A stretch of 64,000 nucleotides of DNA from sequence record MN642089.1; one strand, written 5' to 3'. This DNA comes from Klebsiella phage N1M2. Made by a program: the position numbers and the translations under genes. Under the pieces are notes generated by a model. That model searched no databases, was not told the origin of the DNA, and worked only from the letters and a program-made list of their open reading frames with translations. Shown here in pieces: positions 1 through 9,300 of this stretch; the first letter of the stretch is position 1, and each line of letters begins with the position of its first letter.

Positions 1-5
1 TTAAC

Positions 6-383
6 TTGATGAAAGATTTAACAAGTTATACCGTTCAATACATCGGCTCTACAGAAACACTGGATGGTCAATTCAACTTACCATACATGATGTTAATGGA
101 TGGGGACTATTGGTTACCAGATGGGGAAACATCACTTGAGCATGATAATGACCTCGTGTTTATTCCTCTACATAACCACGGTATCCCTGAAGCATCATTA
201 ACAGCTAAAGAACTTACTGGGGAACTCCCTGGTGATAACTGGGGTACCGTTAATGCGGTATCAATAGGCTGTGGTAAAATTGATCTTCCTATGGTTCTTT
301 ATCGTGTCGAGACACTTCCTCAGGTATCTGTCAATCAGATTAATTCTGCAATGACATTGAGAGAAGCTAAAACTAATGGATAG
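6..383 (+). CDS. hypothetical protein (125 aa); frame may continue upstream of window edge
   Basis: ORF in tightly packed co-directional block; no recognisable motif. Confidence 0.4.
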   Translation: MMKDLTSYTVQYIGSTETLDGQFNLPYMMLMDGDYWLPDGETSLEHDNDLVFIPLHNHGIPEASLTAKELTGELPGDNWGTVNAVSIGCGKIDLPMVLYRVETLPQVSVNQINSAMTLREAKTNG

Positions 384-714
384 ACTCCTTAGACAATACC
401 CAAATGAACAACGGTTAGATGTGCTCGTAAATAATGAAACTAAACTTTTGTTATTACTCGATGCGCGACATGTTGAATATGAAAAACAGGATCTTTCATT
501 TATCAACAAACACTCCATCAAAACTGATATCAAAAATATCAGACCTTCCGATGTTGTGAGACTAGTACGTCCTTTGGGTGTTACTCTTTATTCAACCGAT
601 ATTGAATCGATCACTGAAGTTCCAGGTGGGTATGAAGTTAATATCCACCCTCATTGTTTGGTTCATTACGGTACCTTTAAAATCAAATATCGTGAATACG
701 TAAACGAAGGATAA
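376..714 (+). CDS. hypothetical protein (112 aa)
   Basis: ORF overlapping neighbour by 8 nt, same strand block. Confidence 0.4.
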   Translation: MDRLLRQYPNEQRLDVLVNNETKLLLLLDARHVEYEKQDLSFINKHSIKTDIKNIRPSDVVRLVRPLGVTLYSTDIESITEVPGGYEVNIHPHCLVHYGTFKIKYREYVNEG

Positions 715-720
715 TTCAGA

Positions 721-1653
721 ATGGCTAATGAAAGTGGGCGCGACTCCCAGAAACTTCCTAACCAGTTGGTAACTCCGAACGCGCTGGGTGTAATTATTAA
801 CGCCGCTGTTTCTACAGGGCAAACCGTAGATATCCCTAAATGGACTACGATGAACGAACTTTACGACATTCTGGCTGATGAGTCTGTTGGTCGTAAGAAC
901 GGTAAAGACTTTAAACTGGCTTACTACGGTATTGGTATTGGCGGTTCCCGTTCCATTGGTGTTGACTCTAATGGTCTGGAAGGTAGAAAAGTTTATCAAC
1001 ACAAAGCAACTGACTTCGGTGCTTTCTATCCTATTCCTTTTGTTATCCGTGAAATTGATGATGATATCGATCCAGTAATGCGTGATAACTACCGTATGCG
1101 TGTTGTTCGTAAAATCGGTGATAAGATCTACGTCATGTATTACCTGAAGTTGATTGGTTGGACTGAATTTGATCCAAGCATGAAAATTGGTGAGCGTGAT
1201 CCAGCAACTGGTAATGAAACCGAACGTCCGTACATTCCTGTTAAGGAAGACTTGACTCCTAAGCCTTATGAACTGTTGTCTACCAACAACATTCCAATTA
1301 CCAACACTTATGTGAACGGTACTGGTAAAATGGATCTGTCTCTGGACGGTAACGACCTGGAAGAAGTTCGTAACGTTTGTCGTGTTCTGTTCAACGATGC
1401 TGGTAAAGCAGCAATCAACGAAATGTATCTGGCTTACGGTATTGAATCTCGTAACACTGGTTCTATTGCCGGCGGCGGTACTGTTGAATATAAAGAACTA
1501 CAATCTGCTTGCGTTTCTTTCCAGATCACTGAAGCATATGCTCGTGATGCCAACTCCAACAGCAAAATGCCTTACTTCTTCTGGTACGGTAACTCCCTGC
1601 CGCTGCTGGTTGATCCATCTGCTGTTTCTCAGGGTGGTGCTGGTATCAAATAA
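721..1653 (+). CDS. abundant protein of unknown function (310 aa), candidate major virion/structural protein
   Basis: Very strong bias to E. coli optimal codons (cgt, ggt, ctg, aac, tac, ttc) compared with neighbours; GGA-type RBS 'cgaaggataattcagaATG'. Confidence 0.55.
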   Translation: MANESGRDSQKLPNQLVTPNALGVIINAAVSTGQTVDIPKWTTMNELYDILADESVGRKNGKDFKLAYYGIGIGGSRSIGVDSNGLEGRKVYQHKATDFGAFYPIPFVIREIDDDIDPVMRDNYRMRVVRKIGDKIYVMYYLKLIGWTEFDPSMKIGERDPATGNETERPYIPVKEDLTPKPYELLSTNNIPITNTYVNGTGKMDLSLDGNDLEEVRNVCRVLFNDAGKAAINEMYLAYGIESRNTGSIAGGGTVEYKELQSACVSFQITEAYARDANSNSKMPYFFWYGNSLPLLVDPSAVSQGGAGIK

Positions 1654-1672
1654 GCTTTAAGGGGATAAAGCA

Positions 1673-2290
1673 ATGACCGATCAACAAGTCCAGCTTACCC
1701 CACGTCATCTTAAACTTTCTAAATGGACCACGGTTTCGGCCGTGGTCAGTTCTATTTATGAAATGTACGGTGAACTCATCGACCCTCGTGAATTTGAAGA
1801 TCGTCATGCCTTTATAGACAAAGACGGTTTACTCACACTCCACTTGGTTGAGATAGGCACCGGTAAAGTACATTGGGTATTTAAGGACAGATATACAATA
1901 GAACGCGAGCTAAACCAAAACACCACACTGGGAAATCCTAAGGACTTCCCTTATCCAGAAGTGATGAAAAACTTTGGTATCACCGTTAATACGGAAAAGG
2001 AACTGGACTTCCTTAAAGGTTTGCCTTTAGATGTTTATTATGATTCAGGTAAGTTTAATGCAGATAAGTCACGTAAGTTGGCTGATCTTTTGAATCGTTA
2101 TGGTGTAGGTGACGGCTGGTCCGCTAACCCAAGTGGTGGGAACAGTACAGCTTACTTCATGTTGCGGTATTTTGGTCCGGGCGATAAAGCTCCGGATATT
2201 TATAACTTCAACCGAGATACTAGTCTTTTAGTTGTGGTGGAGTTAGCGATGTATGGGGGTTATAAAACCCATGCACTTTTTGTAGGATAA
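1673..2290 (+). CDS. hypothetical protein (205 aa)
   Basis: ORF with RBS 'aaggggataaagcaATG', packed between neighbours. Confidence 0.5.
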   Translation: MTDQQVQLTPRHLKLSKWTTVSAVVSSIYEMYGELIDPREFEDRHAFIDKDGLLTLHLVEIGTGKVHWVFKDRYTIERELNQNTTLGNPKDFPYPEVMKNFGITVNTEKELDFLKGLPLDVYYDSGKFNADKSRKLADLLNRYGVGDGWSANPSGGNSTAYFMLRYFGPGDKAPDIYNFNRDTSLLVVVELAMYGGYKTHALFVG

Positions 2291-2294
2291 GACT

Positions 2295-2888
2295 ATGACA
2301 GTACGCATACTAGGAATAGATCCAGGCATTACTAATCTTGGTGCGGCGGCATTGGAAGTAGACTGTTATGAAAGGAAACCGTTCAAACTTATTTATGCTG
2401 ACACATTACAGGGTGAGTATAATGAGTTTGGGGTAAGGCAGGATAACCCACAGCAAGTACGTGCACTTGGACTCACACGAGTCTATGGTCATGTGTTTGA
2501 GTTAATTGAACCTGCCGTAGTTTCTTGTGAGGATAACTTCTTAGGGATATCCCCTTCGAGTTTTAAACGCCTTATCGAAATAGTTTCTTTCATCCACCAG
2601 TACACTGTAACTAATCAGAAAGATGTTGCCTTTAGACAAGTTCTTCCTCGTCTAGCTAAAAAGATCGTTGATGCAGATTTCAGAGGGACAACTAAAGACG
2701 ATGTTACTAAAGGTCTATTGAAATGTCCTTTCTTAGATCTTAATGGTTTCGATCTGAATAAGTTAACTGAGCACGCTAATGACGCCATATTGTTAGGTCT
2801 TTATACTGCAGTTCAGTATTACCGAGATTTAGGCTGGGACGTGCTTGATGGAAAAGACATCGACAAAACAACCAAGTATCCAAAGTAA
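2295..2888 (+). CDS. RuvC-like Holliday junction resolvase
   Basis: N-terminus 'MTVRILGIDPGITNLGAA' matches the RuvC/YqgF 'ILGIDPG' catalytic Asp motif; internal 'VSCEDNF' and C-terminal 'EHANDAILLG' supply the further acidic residues. Confidence 0.6.
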   Translation: MTVRILGIDPGITNLGAAALEVDCYERKPFKLIYADTLQGEYNEFGVRQDNPQQVRALGLTRVYGHVFELIEPAVVSCEDNFLGISPSSFKRLIEIVSFIHQYTVTNQKDVAFRQVLPRLAKKIVDADFRGTTKDDVTKGLLKCPFLDLNGFDLNKLTEHANDAILLGLYTAVQYYRDLGWDVLDGKDIDKTTKYPK

Positions 2889-3498
2889 TGTTAATCATTG
2901 GGATAAATTCCCAATTGGTTTAAAAGCGATATCTGGGTTCAGCTCCTGTGTTACAGTTAACGCAGAAAGTGCTATTTTCATTCTATCCATTCACCTATCT
3001 GTTACTGCAGGTGTGGCGACATGGCCTGGAATTATTACAGCACTTATAATGATGGTCGGTCCGATTATCATTGCCTGGAACTTTGTTAACGCTAGAGCGA
3101 TCATAACAACTATTCTTACTCCTTCAGAAGAAGGTGGTAAGCCTGTGGAACAACAAGTTAAGGTACCACAAATACCTTCCATTGTTACTGCCACAGATTT
3201 TGCTATTGAACGTGAGTTAGTGGGACCTACCTCAGTTATCCTGAGAGCTATAGCTGGTGCCATTTCAACACATGTTATTTGTTTCTGCAGTTTGTTGTTT
3301 ACCTGGACGATACACGAGTCCATGATTGCAGGTAAACCACTACCAAGCAATACAGAATTGTTATTGGTTGTTATTGGACCTGTGGTGACGTCTTGGAACT
3401 TTGTTCGTGCAAGTGCCACTATTAATACTGTGATGCAAGGCGCTAATAAAATTGAGAAGTACCGTACTAAGCTGGCTAGTTGGATACAACCAAAATAA
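2848..3498 (+). CDS. membrane protein with internal tandem duplication (possible holin-like)
   Basis: Hydrophobic helices; duplicated unit 'GPIIIAWNFVNARAIITTI' / 'GPVVTSWNFVRASATINTV'; convergent with spanin operon; start uncertain (TTG 2845 / ATG 2848). Confidence 0.45.
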   Translation: MEKTSTKQPSIQSNVNHWDKFPIGLKAISGFSSCVTVNAESAIFILSIHLSVTAGVATWPGIITALIMMVGPIIIAWNFVNARAIITTILTPSEEGGKPVEQQVKVPQIPSIVTATDFAIERELVGPTSVILRAIAGAISTHVICFCSLLFTWTIHESMIAGKPLPSNTELLLVVIGPVVTSWNFVRASATINTVMQGANKIEKYRTKLASWIQPK

Positions 3499-3508
3499 AC
3501 AACATACA

Positions 3509-3541
3509 CCCCTACCCCTCCAATTAAGGATGGGGTAGGGG
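3509..3541. terminator. bidirectional rho-independent terminator
   Basis: 'cccctacccc'-loop-'ggggtagggg' with T-runs on both strands between convergent genes. Confidence 0.7.
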
Positions 3542-3550
3542 TTATGCTTA

Positions 3551-4036
3551 CTATTTGACCAATTTAAGAGAGAGTTTAGTTTTCTCTGTAGACCCATCAT
3601 CGAAGTTGTCAATAATGGCATTGATATTTCCTATTAATCTATCAACAACTTCATTGAGTCCATTGATACGATCATTAGAAGCATCTAACTCCTTAGTGGT
3701 GCCGATCAGCAGGAGTCGAGTATGTAAGTAACACATTTCAAAATCAGGGGAACTAAGGCAATCATTGGTAGCTAGGAATTGATCCAAGTTTCCAATCATA
3801 GGTCCGATAGGTTTCCAATCTTTATTATAGATGTTACTAGGGATGTCAGTTAGTGCCGGCTTTAGAGCTACTAGCTGGCTTTTGTACAGGGTTAGTTTTT
3901 GAAGTTCCGTCTTCGCTTCCACGTACGTCTCCGCTTCCGATATTTTCGGACCGGCGCAACCGGAGATCGTAAAGATCAGAAAGAGTCCCGCTATCCCTTT
4001 TAGGATCATACCCATATTTCTCATAAAGGTTTTCAT
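3551..4036 (-). CDS. o-spanin (Rz1-like outer-membrane lipoprotein), overlapped architecture
   Basis: Internal start 'MKTFMRNMGMILKGIAGLFLIFTISGC' gives signal peptide + lipobox ISGC preceded by GAAGG RBS; out-of-frame overlap with i-spanin; ORF track lists 3551..4108. Confidence 0.5.
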   Translation of the reverse strand: MKTFMRNMGMILKGIAGLFLIFTISGCAGPKISEAETYVEAKTELQKLTLYKSQLVALKPALTDIPSNIYNKDWKPIGPMIGNLDQFLATNDCLSSPDFEMCYLHTRLLLIGTTKELDASNDRINGLNEVVDRLIGNINAIIDNFDDGSTEKTKLSLKLVK

Positions 4037-4295
4037 AATCGCCTTCGCGTTTAAGATTATTAGCATAAGTAGACTTCTGTAAGTTTTCTGTCCACTCTCG
4101 TTGGGCATTGGCTGTCTTAGTCATATTCTCAGCAGTAACAGAGATACGGTCAACAGCAATAGTTAGTTTATCGATAGTATCTTTACTTACCGTACTATCT
4201 TGCTTAAAGATCAACCACCCACCAATGAATAAAACTAATATCCAAAGTGCAATGGTGTTCAAAGCAGCTAACTTATTTTTCAAAGCGTCATTCAT
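3846..4295 (-). CDS. i-spanin (Rz-like)
   Basis: 149 aa; N-terminal TM 'IALWILVLFIGGWLIF' then charged coiled-coil periplasmic domain; ATGA overlap with upstream gene; contains the lipoprotein gene in another frame. Confidence 0.6.
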   Translation of the reverse strand: MNDALKNKLAALNTIALWILVLFIGGWLIFKQDSTVSKDTIDKLTIAVDRISVTAENMTKTANAQREWTENLQKSTYANNLKREGDYENLYEKYGYDPKRDSGTLSDLYDLRLRRSENIGSGDVRGSEDGTSKTNPVQKPASSSKAGTN

Positions 4296-5521
4296 CTTGT
4301 CTTTCCTAGATCAACAGCGTGAATCTTAAACATCCACCCTTTCATTAATGTTCCTGGATCACCTGGGTTAATGCTGTCGTTTGGAACAACGTTACCATCA
4401 AGAGTACCAGTAGTTAACATGGGGTATTTGTTATAGACACGCAAGTCGTGAGACCAGAGACGTTGACCAATACCATACGTCCTGATGTATGGAACTGGGA
4501 ACATCCCATTATCCACTACTAAAGGATGTTGGAACTTCTCTTCAGTGTGGAGCACAGTCGGGTAATGGAAGGTAGTCATAGGACTGACATCCACACCCAC
4601 ACTAGGGTTATCGATTAACACGATGAAACTATTATCAGCCAAGAGAGCTTGCTGCTTGTAAGTATCGAACTTAGTGAGGTTCGTTAACTTAGGTGTTCTG
4701 GTGTAGTGTTGATAGTTGAAGTAATGATGGATAACATCAAAAGCTGTGAGATCAATAGAGATACGATCATCAGCAACTTTATAAACAATATCTGTATCAA
4801 CCATCAGCTGTCCATTAACGACAACATAAATGGTTTTAGCATTCAAGTCATCTTTTACTTTTACTTCCCAACGTTTATTAGAAGTAGTCGAGACTTCTTG
4901 AAGAATATCCTTAGTAATCGGGATCGTTTTAACTTTACCGATTTTCTGGAAATTGAGAGCGCCAATGCGCAGGTCTTTACGATTCTTAATATAATCAAGA
5001 CCAGCGCCTAATAAATAGATTCCATCTTTACGTCCAACCGACCGAGTAAAGACACCATTAACTTGGAACAATGCATGATCATTAATATGATTGTAATCGA
5101 TATTTTGATACCTGTATTGTTCTATTCTGATATCAGGTGCACCATCAGAAGTGAGTAGGTCCTGTCTATCATTTGCGAGGTTTATGTTAGCCGGATAGTG
5201 GAAGTAACCATAGGTGAAAATACGTTCCAACTTAACATAACGGTACTTATCACCAGGCATAACGTCAGATAAAGTCAAGACATCATTTACTTTGGTATCT
5301 AACCATTTCTGAATAGTTAATGTTGGATTTTTGGCGAAGTCAAGTCGGTAATCTTGAAGAGTTATACAAACCTTATCTTTGAACATACTGTCATCAATGA
5401 CAATATAAAGAAGGTCAAACAACTTCTCAAGATCAGCGACGCTATAGTCAGCAATATCAACTATGTGATAGCCTGGTCTATAGTCTCTGTATCGCCCCAC
5501 TGAGTATTTGTATGTATACAT
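4292..5521 (-). CDS. hypothetical protein (409 aa), first gene of spanin operon
   Basis: Stop overlaps i-spanin start (ATGA); no recognisable catalytic motif. Confidence 0.55.
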   Translation of the reverse strand: MYTYKYSVGRYRDYRPGYHIVDIADYSVADLEKLFDLLYIVIDDSMFKDKVCITLQDYRLDFAKNPTLTIQKWLDTKVNDVLTLSDVMPGDKYRYVKLERIFTYGYFHYPANINLANDRQDLLTSDGAPDIRIEQYRYQNIDYNHINDHALFQVNGVFTRSVGRKDGIYLLGAGLDYIKNRKDLRIGALNFQKIGKVKTIPITKDILQEVSTTSNKRWEVKVKDDLNAKTIYVVVNGQLMVDTDIVYKVADDRISIDLTAFDVIHHYFNYQHYTRTPKLTNLTKFDTYKQQALLADNSFIVLIDNPSVGVDVSPMTTFHYPTVLHTEEKFQHPLVVDNGMFPVPYIRTYGIGQRLWSHDLRVYNKYPMLTTGTLDGNVVPNDSINPGDPGTLMKGWMFKIHAVDLGKTR

Positions 5522-5550
5522 GTTCTAAACCTTATAGAGGAACATAGCTA

Positions 5551-6315
5551 ATGTCAAAAGATTCAAGGGTTCAAGTATCTGGCAAAATAGTTTATCCATG
5601 GAACCCGTTCCAGGATTTAGCTGATTGTCGTGTTACTGGAGAACCAGTACACGTTGAAGGTGGAAACAAAGGAGCAATTGTTGTTCCTCGTAATGGTCCA
5701 TTCTTCAGCCGTAACTTTGTTATTAAAAAGAAAGGGTCTGATCGCCCCCTTAGTATGGAAGCAGGTGAATATAGTTTCATCCATCCATTCGGTGCCTTCA
5801 TTAAACGTTACAACCGTTTAGCCTGGGGCGCTATTGTTATTAAGGGTGTTGCTACCCCTACTGATTACATTATTGAGTATGACACCATTGGTGGTGATTT
5901 TGTACTAAATGATGCAGCTTATGCGGAAGCAGTAGCTAATACTCTTACAGCCCCACGTACGATTGACTGGAACGATATTGTCAATCTACCTCTGGTATGG
6001 CCACCAGATCCACACGAACACCCAGCATCAGATACCATGAACTATGGTGACTTGATCGCTTGGATGCAATCTTACTTGGATGCCATCACAGATACCGACA
6101 CCAGTGTTAGTTTCGTATCTGAATTCAAGAAACACTTAGAAGCGGATCTTCAGGATGCCCACAAAGCAACCCTGGAGATGTTAGGTGTTGCGCATCTTAA
6201 AGACTGGGCGATGGCAGAGGTTAAAGATATCGAAGGTAACTCTACCGAACTGCTTGTTAACATCGCTGTCTTGAAAGAAGCCATTCGTGGGTATAGTCGT
6301 GGTGATTGGCGTTAA
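5551..6315 (+). CDS. tail-fibre family protein (254 aa; attachment/adaptor-like)
   Basis: Shares 'DWNDIVNLP...PHEHP' and 'AHKATLEMLGV' motifs with N-termini of downstream fibres; upstream 'cttatagagga' motif. Confidence 0.55.
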   Translation: MSKDSRVQVSGKIVYPWNPFQDLADCRVTGEPVHVEGGNKGAIVVPRNGPFFSRNFVIKKKGSDRPLSMEAGEYSFIHPFGAFIKRYNRLAWGAIVIKGVATPTDYIIEYDTIGGDFVLNDAAYAEAVANTLTAPRTIDWNDIVNLPLVWPPDPHEHPASDTMNYGDLIAWMQSYLDAITDTDTSVSFVSEFKKHLEADLQDAHKATLEMLGVAHLKDWAMAEVKDIEGNSTELLVNIAVLKEAIRGYSRGDWR

Positions 6316-6327
6316 ATGATATTCACC

Positions 6328-6355
6328 TTAACCGGAATCTTCGGGTTCCGGTTAA
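6328..6355 (+). terminator. hairpin terminator
   Basis: 'ttaaccggaa'-tcttcggg-'ttccggttaa' 10-bp stem. Confidence 0.5.
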
Positions 6356-6378
6356 ATATATGAAAAGGGTTATATCCA

Positions 6379-9300
6379 ATGATCAAAGAAGACATTCCTT
6401 TATATAAACTTGACTTAACCGGTGAAGATCGGTTTAACAAAGTTAATATGGAATACATGTATCGTCAGGATGTAAAGAATAATAACATCGTCATACCTAA
6501 TTTCGCTCCATTCTATCAGAAGTCAGTAAGACTTTATGATAAGAACAAGAAGCCATTGATTGAAGGTGATGACTATGAGTTCTACGGGATTATGGGTAAG
6601 CTAACCAAGTTTACCGGTAAGCCTGTTGGATTGTTTATTCGTATCTTGAAAGATGAGATTACCGATTGGTATATCGATTACCAAGTTGTCGGTAACTTTA
6701 ATAAAATCACCAATGAAATCCTCAATATGCTTAAGAGCATTCATGAGGATGACCGTTATGTTGATTGGGAAAATATTAAGAATAAGCCATTGTGGTTTAT
6801 TCCTGAAATTCACCAACATGACCTGGCATATCAGATTTATGGTTTCACTGACTTAGTCCGTGAACTTAATCGTATTGCTGAACTGCAAGCCACCATGATC
6901 TCTGCACAAGACTTCATGGTTCAGACATTAAAACAACACTTGTTAGTTTATGTCGAAGGTTACCGTAAAGTTATTTATGATTTGGTTGACTCCCACATCA
7001 ATAACAAACATGATGCGCATGGTAACTATAAAGACAAGATAGGATTACCACTTGTTGACAACATCCCAGCAGCGACTCTACAAGAGACTCTGGAAGGTGT
7101 TCGTGATGACCTTACAATAACTCCGTTTAATGCCAAGCGTGCTGCTATGGCCGCTTCTGGGACCAATGAAAGGTTATATCCTTCTGGTTCTTTACCTATC
7201 CTTCGTTACGGTTCAGATACATTCATTCCTCCAACTATTTCAGGTTCCTTTGAAGGTCTTGGTGGGTTGAATAGACAGTCTGGTGCGATTGTTGAAACAG
7301 ATGGTACCTTGCTGATGCTTCAACACCGTAATAACGGTAAGATTCGTGGATTGTACTTCATTCGCTCTATCAACTGGCGTTCGCAAGACCCAGATTATGA
7401 ATTCACCTCTTATCAATACATCCATCCAACAGCTATAGCTGATGGCGCGCAACTTGATACCATTGTAAATGGCTCCAACCGTTATATCATGGTGGTAGGT
7501 GACTCAGTTAAAAATATCTGGTACTGGTGTGAAACTAAAGGTACGTTTAACCCTAACCGACACATCCTCCACCGTATTACTGGTGAATGGGTGGATAGAG
7601 ATCTGGCGGATAGGCGTGGTGGTTGGATTGATTACCCTACTTCTAAAATGTGTCTATTGGCTGACTCCAATTATGCGAATACTTGGTGTATTGTGCAGGG
7701 ATTTAACCTTTGGCAATTTGAAGAACGTAGACAATTGGAACATCCTTCTAACTGGTATAACGTTCGTGGGTGTAACCTGGGTGAAGCTGGTTTCTCATTC
7801 CATGTCTTCCATAACCTTTCCAGTAAAGGGATACGAGCTAAGGTAGATTTCACCCATCCCGTTTTTGGTAACAAGAACGATCAGTACTTCACACCTTGGT
7901 GGCCGCAGTTTGGTAAAGACGGTGAAGAGGACTATGAGATTATTTCTCATTATGCCAAATATGAACCTCCGGTTAAGGTAGTTTGGGGGCACCGTAGTAT
8001 TTTCAGTTATTGGAAAAAAGATCCTAAAGAAGATATTTGGAACTTTAGACTCCAATTTACAACTGCTGAAAGTGATAAACCCGGTGGTTGGAATGGTTAT
8101 CACGCAAACTTCAGAGCCAAGTTAACATTTGACTTTAATGGCGATAATGTTACCGTTCACGTCAGACCTACTGAAGGTAACCAAAGACTTTATACCATCG
8201 ACCCTTATAACCGCAAACCTGGGGTTAAAGAGTACGATGAGTATTATAAATGGATCTTTACTAACAGTTATCCTGATGGTTGTGACTTGATTGGTCATGC
8301 AATGGTTGCAGATGACCTGATCATATTTGCAGATGGGGCGTCAAACGGGACATTCCCAAGTCCTTATTTTTTATTGCACGCGGACTGGTTAAAATCTGCT
8401 GAAAACTTCCTGATGCCCATGGGGCAGAGTAGTTATTACGATGGACCGAAAGGTCATTATCGTACCTTTGATGAGTTAAACCCTCTTGGGTTAAGCGCAG
8501 GTTTCGTTGGTAACTATTATTTCCCTATGAATAGTAACGATCCTAAGTCTGGTTGCATTATGACCAAACAACTCATTGTTAAAAATGGTCAAAGTGTACC
8601 AGAATGGGTGGGTCGTAAGACCGACATCTATAATGATGATTTCAGCTGCCGTAAACCACCACAAATCTCGAACTATGATGGGAATAATGTAGAGCACTAT
8701 CCTTACCTTTCAGAAGTACACCGCACCAACCTAGGTCAACAGGTTAGATTTAATAACATCTCTAAACCTGTAGGTGTTGCGAACCCATATAACAGACCAA
8801 ATATCTATGCGGTATCTATGATGGGTGCATCAGCGGGTACACGGTTAATGGGTAATGGGGATGGTGGGTTTGGATTTGTTGGTGATGGGTTGTTAGCTTG
8901 GGAAATGGAAACCAAGTTACAGGATGATATTATCACATTCACTCCCAAAGTTGTATTTGATCTGAATACATTCGTAAGAAACCAGTTGGTTCAAATATTC
9001 GCCCCTCTTGGGTTTACTGCCGAGCAGGTAAGAGATTCTTGGAACGTATCTCGCTTCGTTGATACGCGAGGATACATTAGAGAGATATTCGGGGTTTATC
9101 GTATTGATCCTAATGGTCATTGTATCACTGGGGTAGTTGTTGGAATGTTGGGTGGGTATTCGTCCCCTACCAATAAAGATGGATATACCTACTACCGGGA
9201 TGTTATTTGGAACCAAGCATCGCCACCTAAGAGTGTCCTTACTGACAAGTTGGGTGCTCCAGGCGGTGGAGACTATTGGTATAATTATTGGAATGCCCCA

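Noticed and set aside
592-1660. ORFs 592..1002(-), 878..1078(+), 1382..1660(+) overlapping the 310-aa gene
   Set aside because: They overlap a strongly codon-optimised gene in other frames. They are short, have no RBS and produce low-complexity products.
2991-3509. 172-aa minus-strand ORF
   Set aside because: Fully antisense to the membrane-protein gene 2848-3498, with no start context. Likely spurious.
3551-4108. Full 185-aa ORF as the o-spanin
   Set aside because: The first 24 codons precede the signal peptide and have no RBS. The internal Met with a GAAGG RBS gives a canonical lipoprotein precursor, so 3551-4036 was preferred.
4292-5521. Possible reverse transcriptase / DGR near variable fibre genes ('YIVIDD' in the 409-aa protein)
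   Set aside because: No QG...SP or other RT motifs, and no template/variable repeat pair was seen. The YxDD-like string is isolated.
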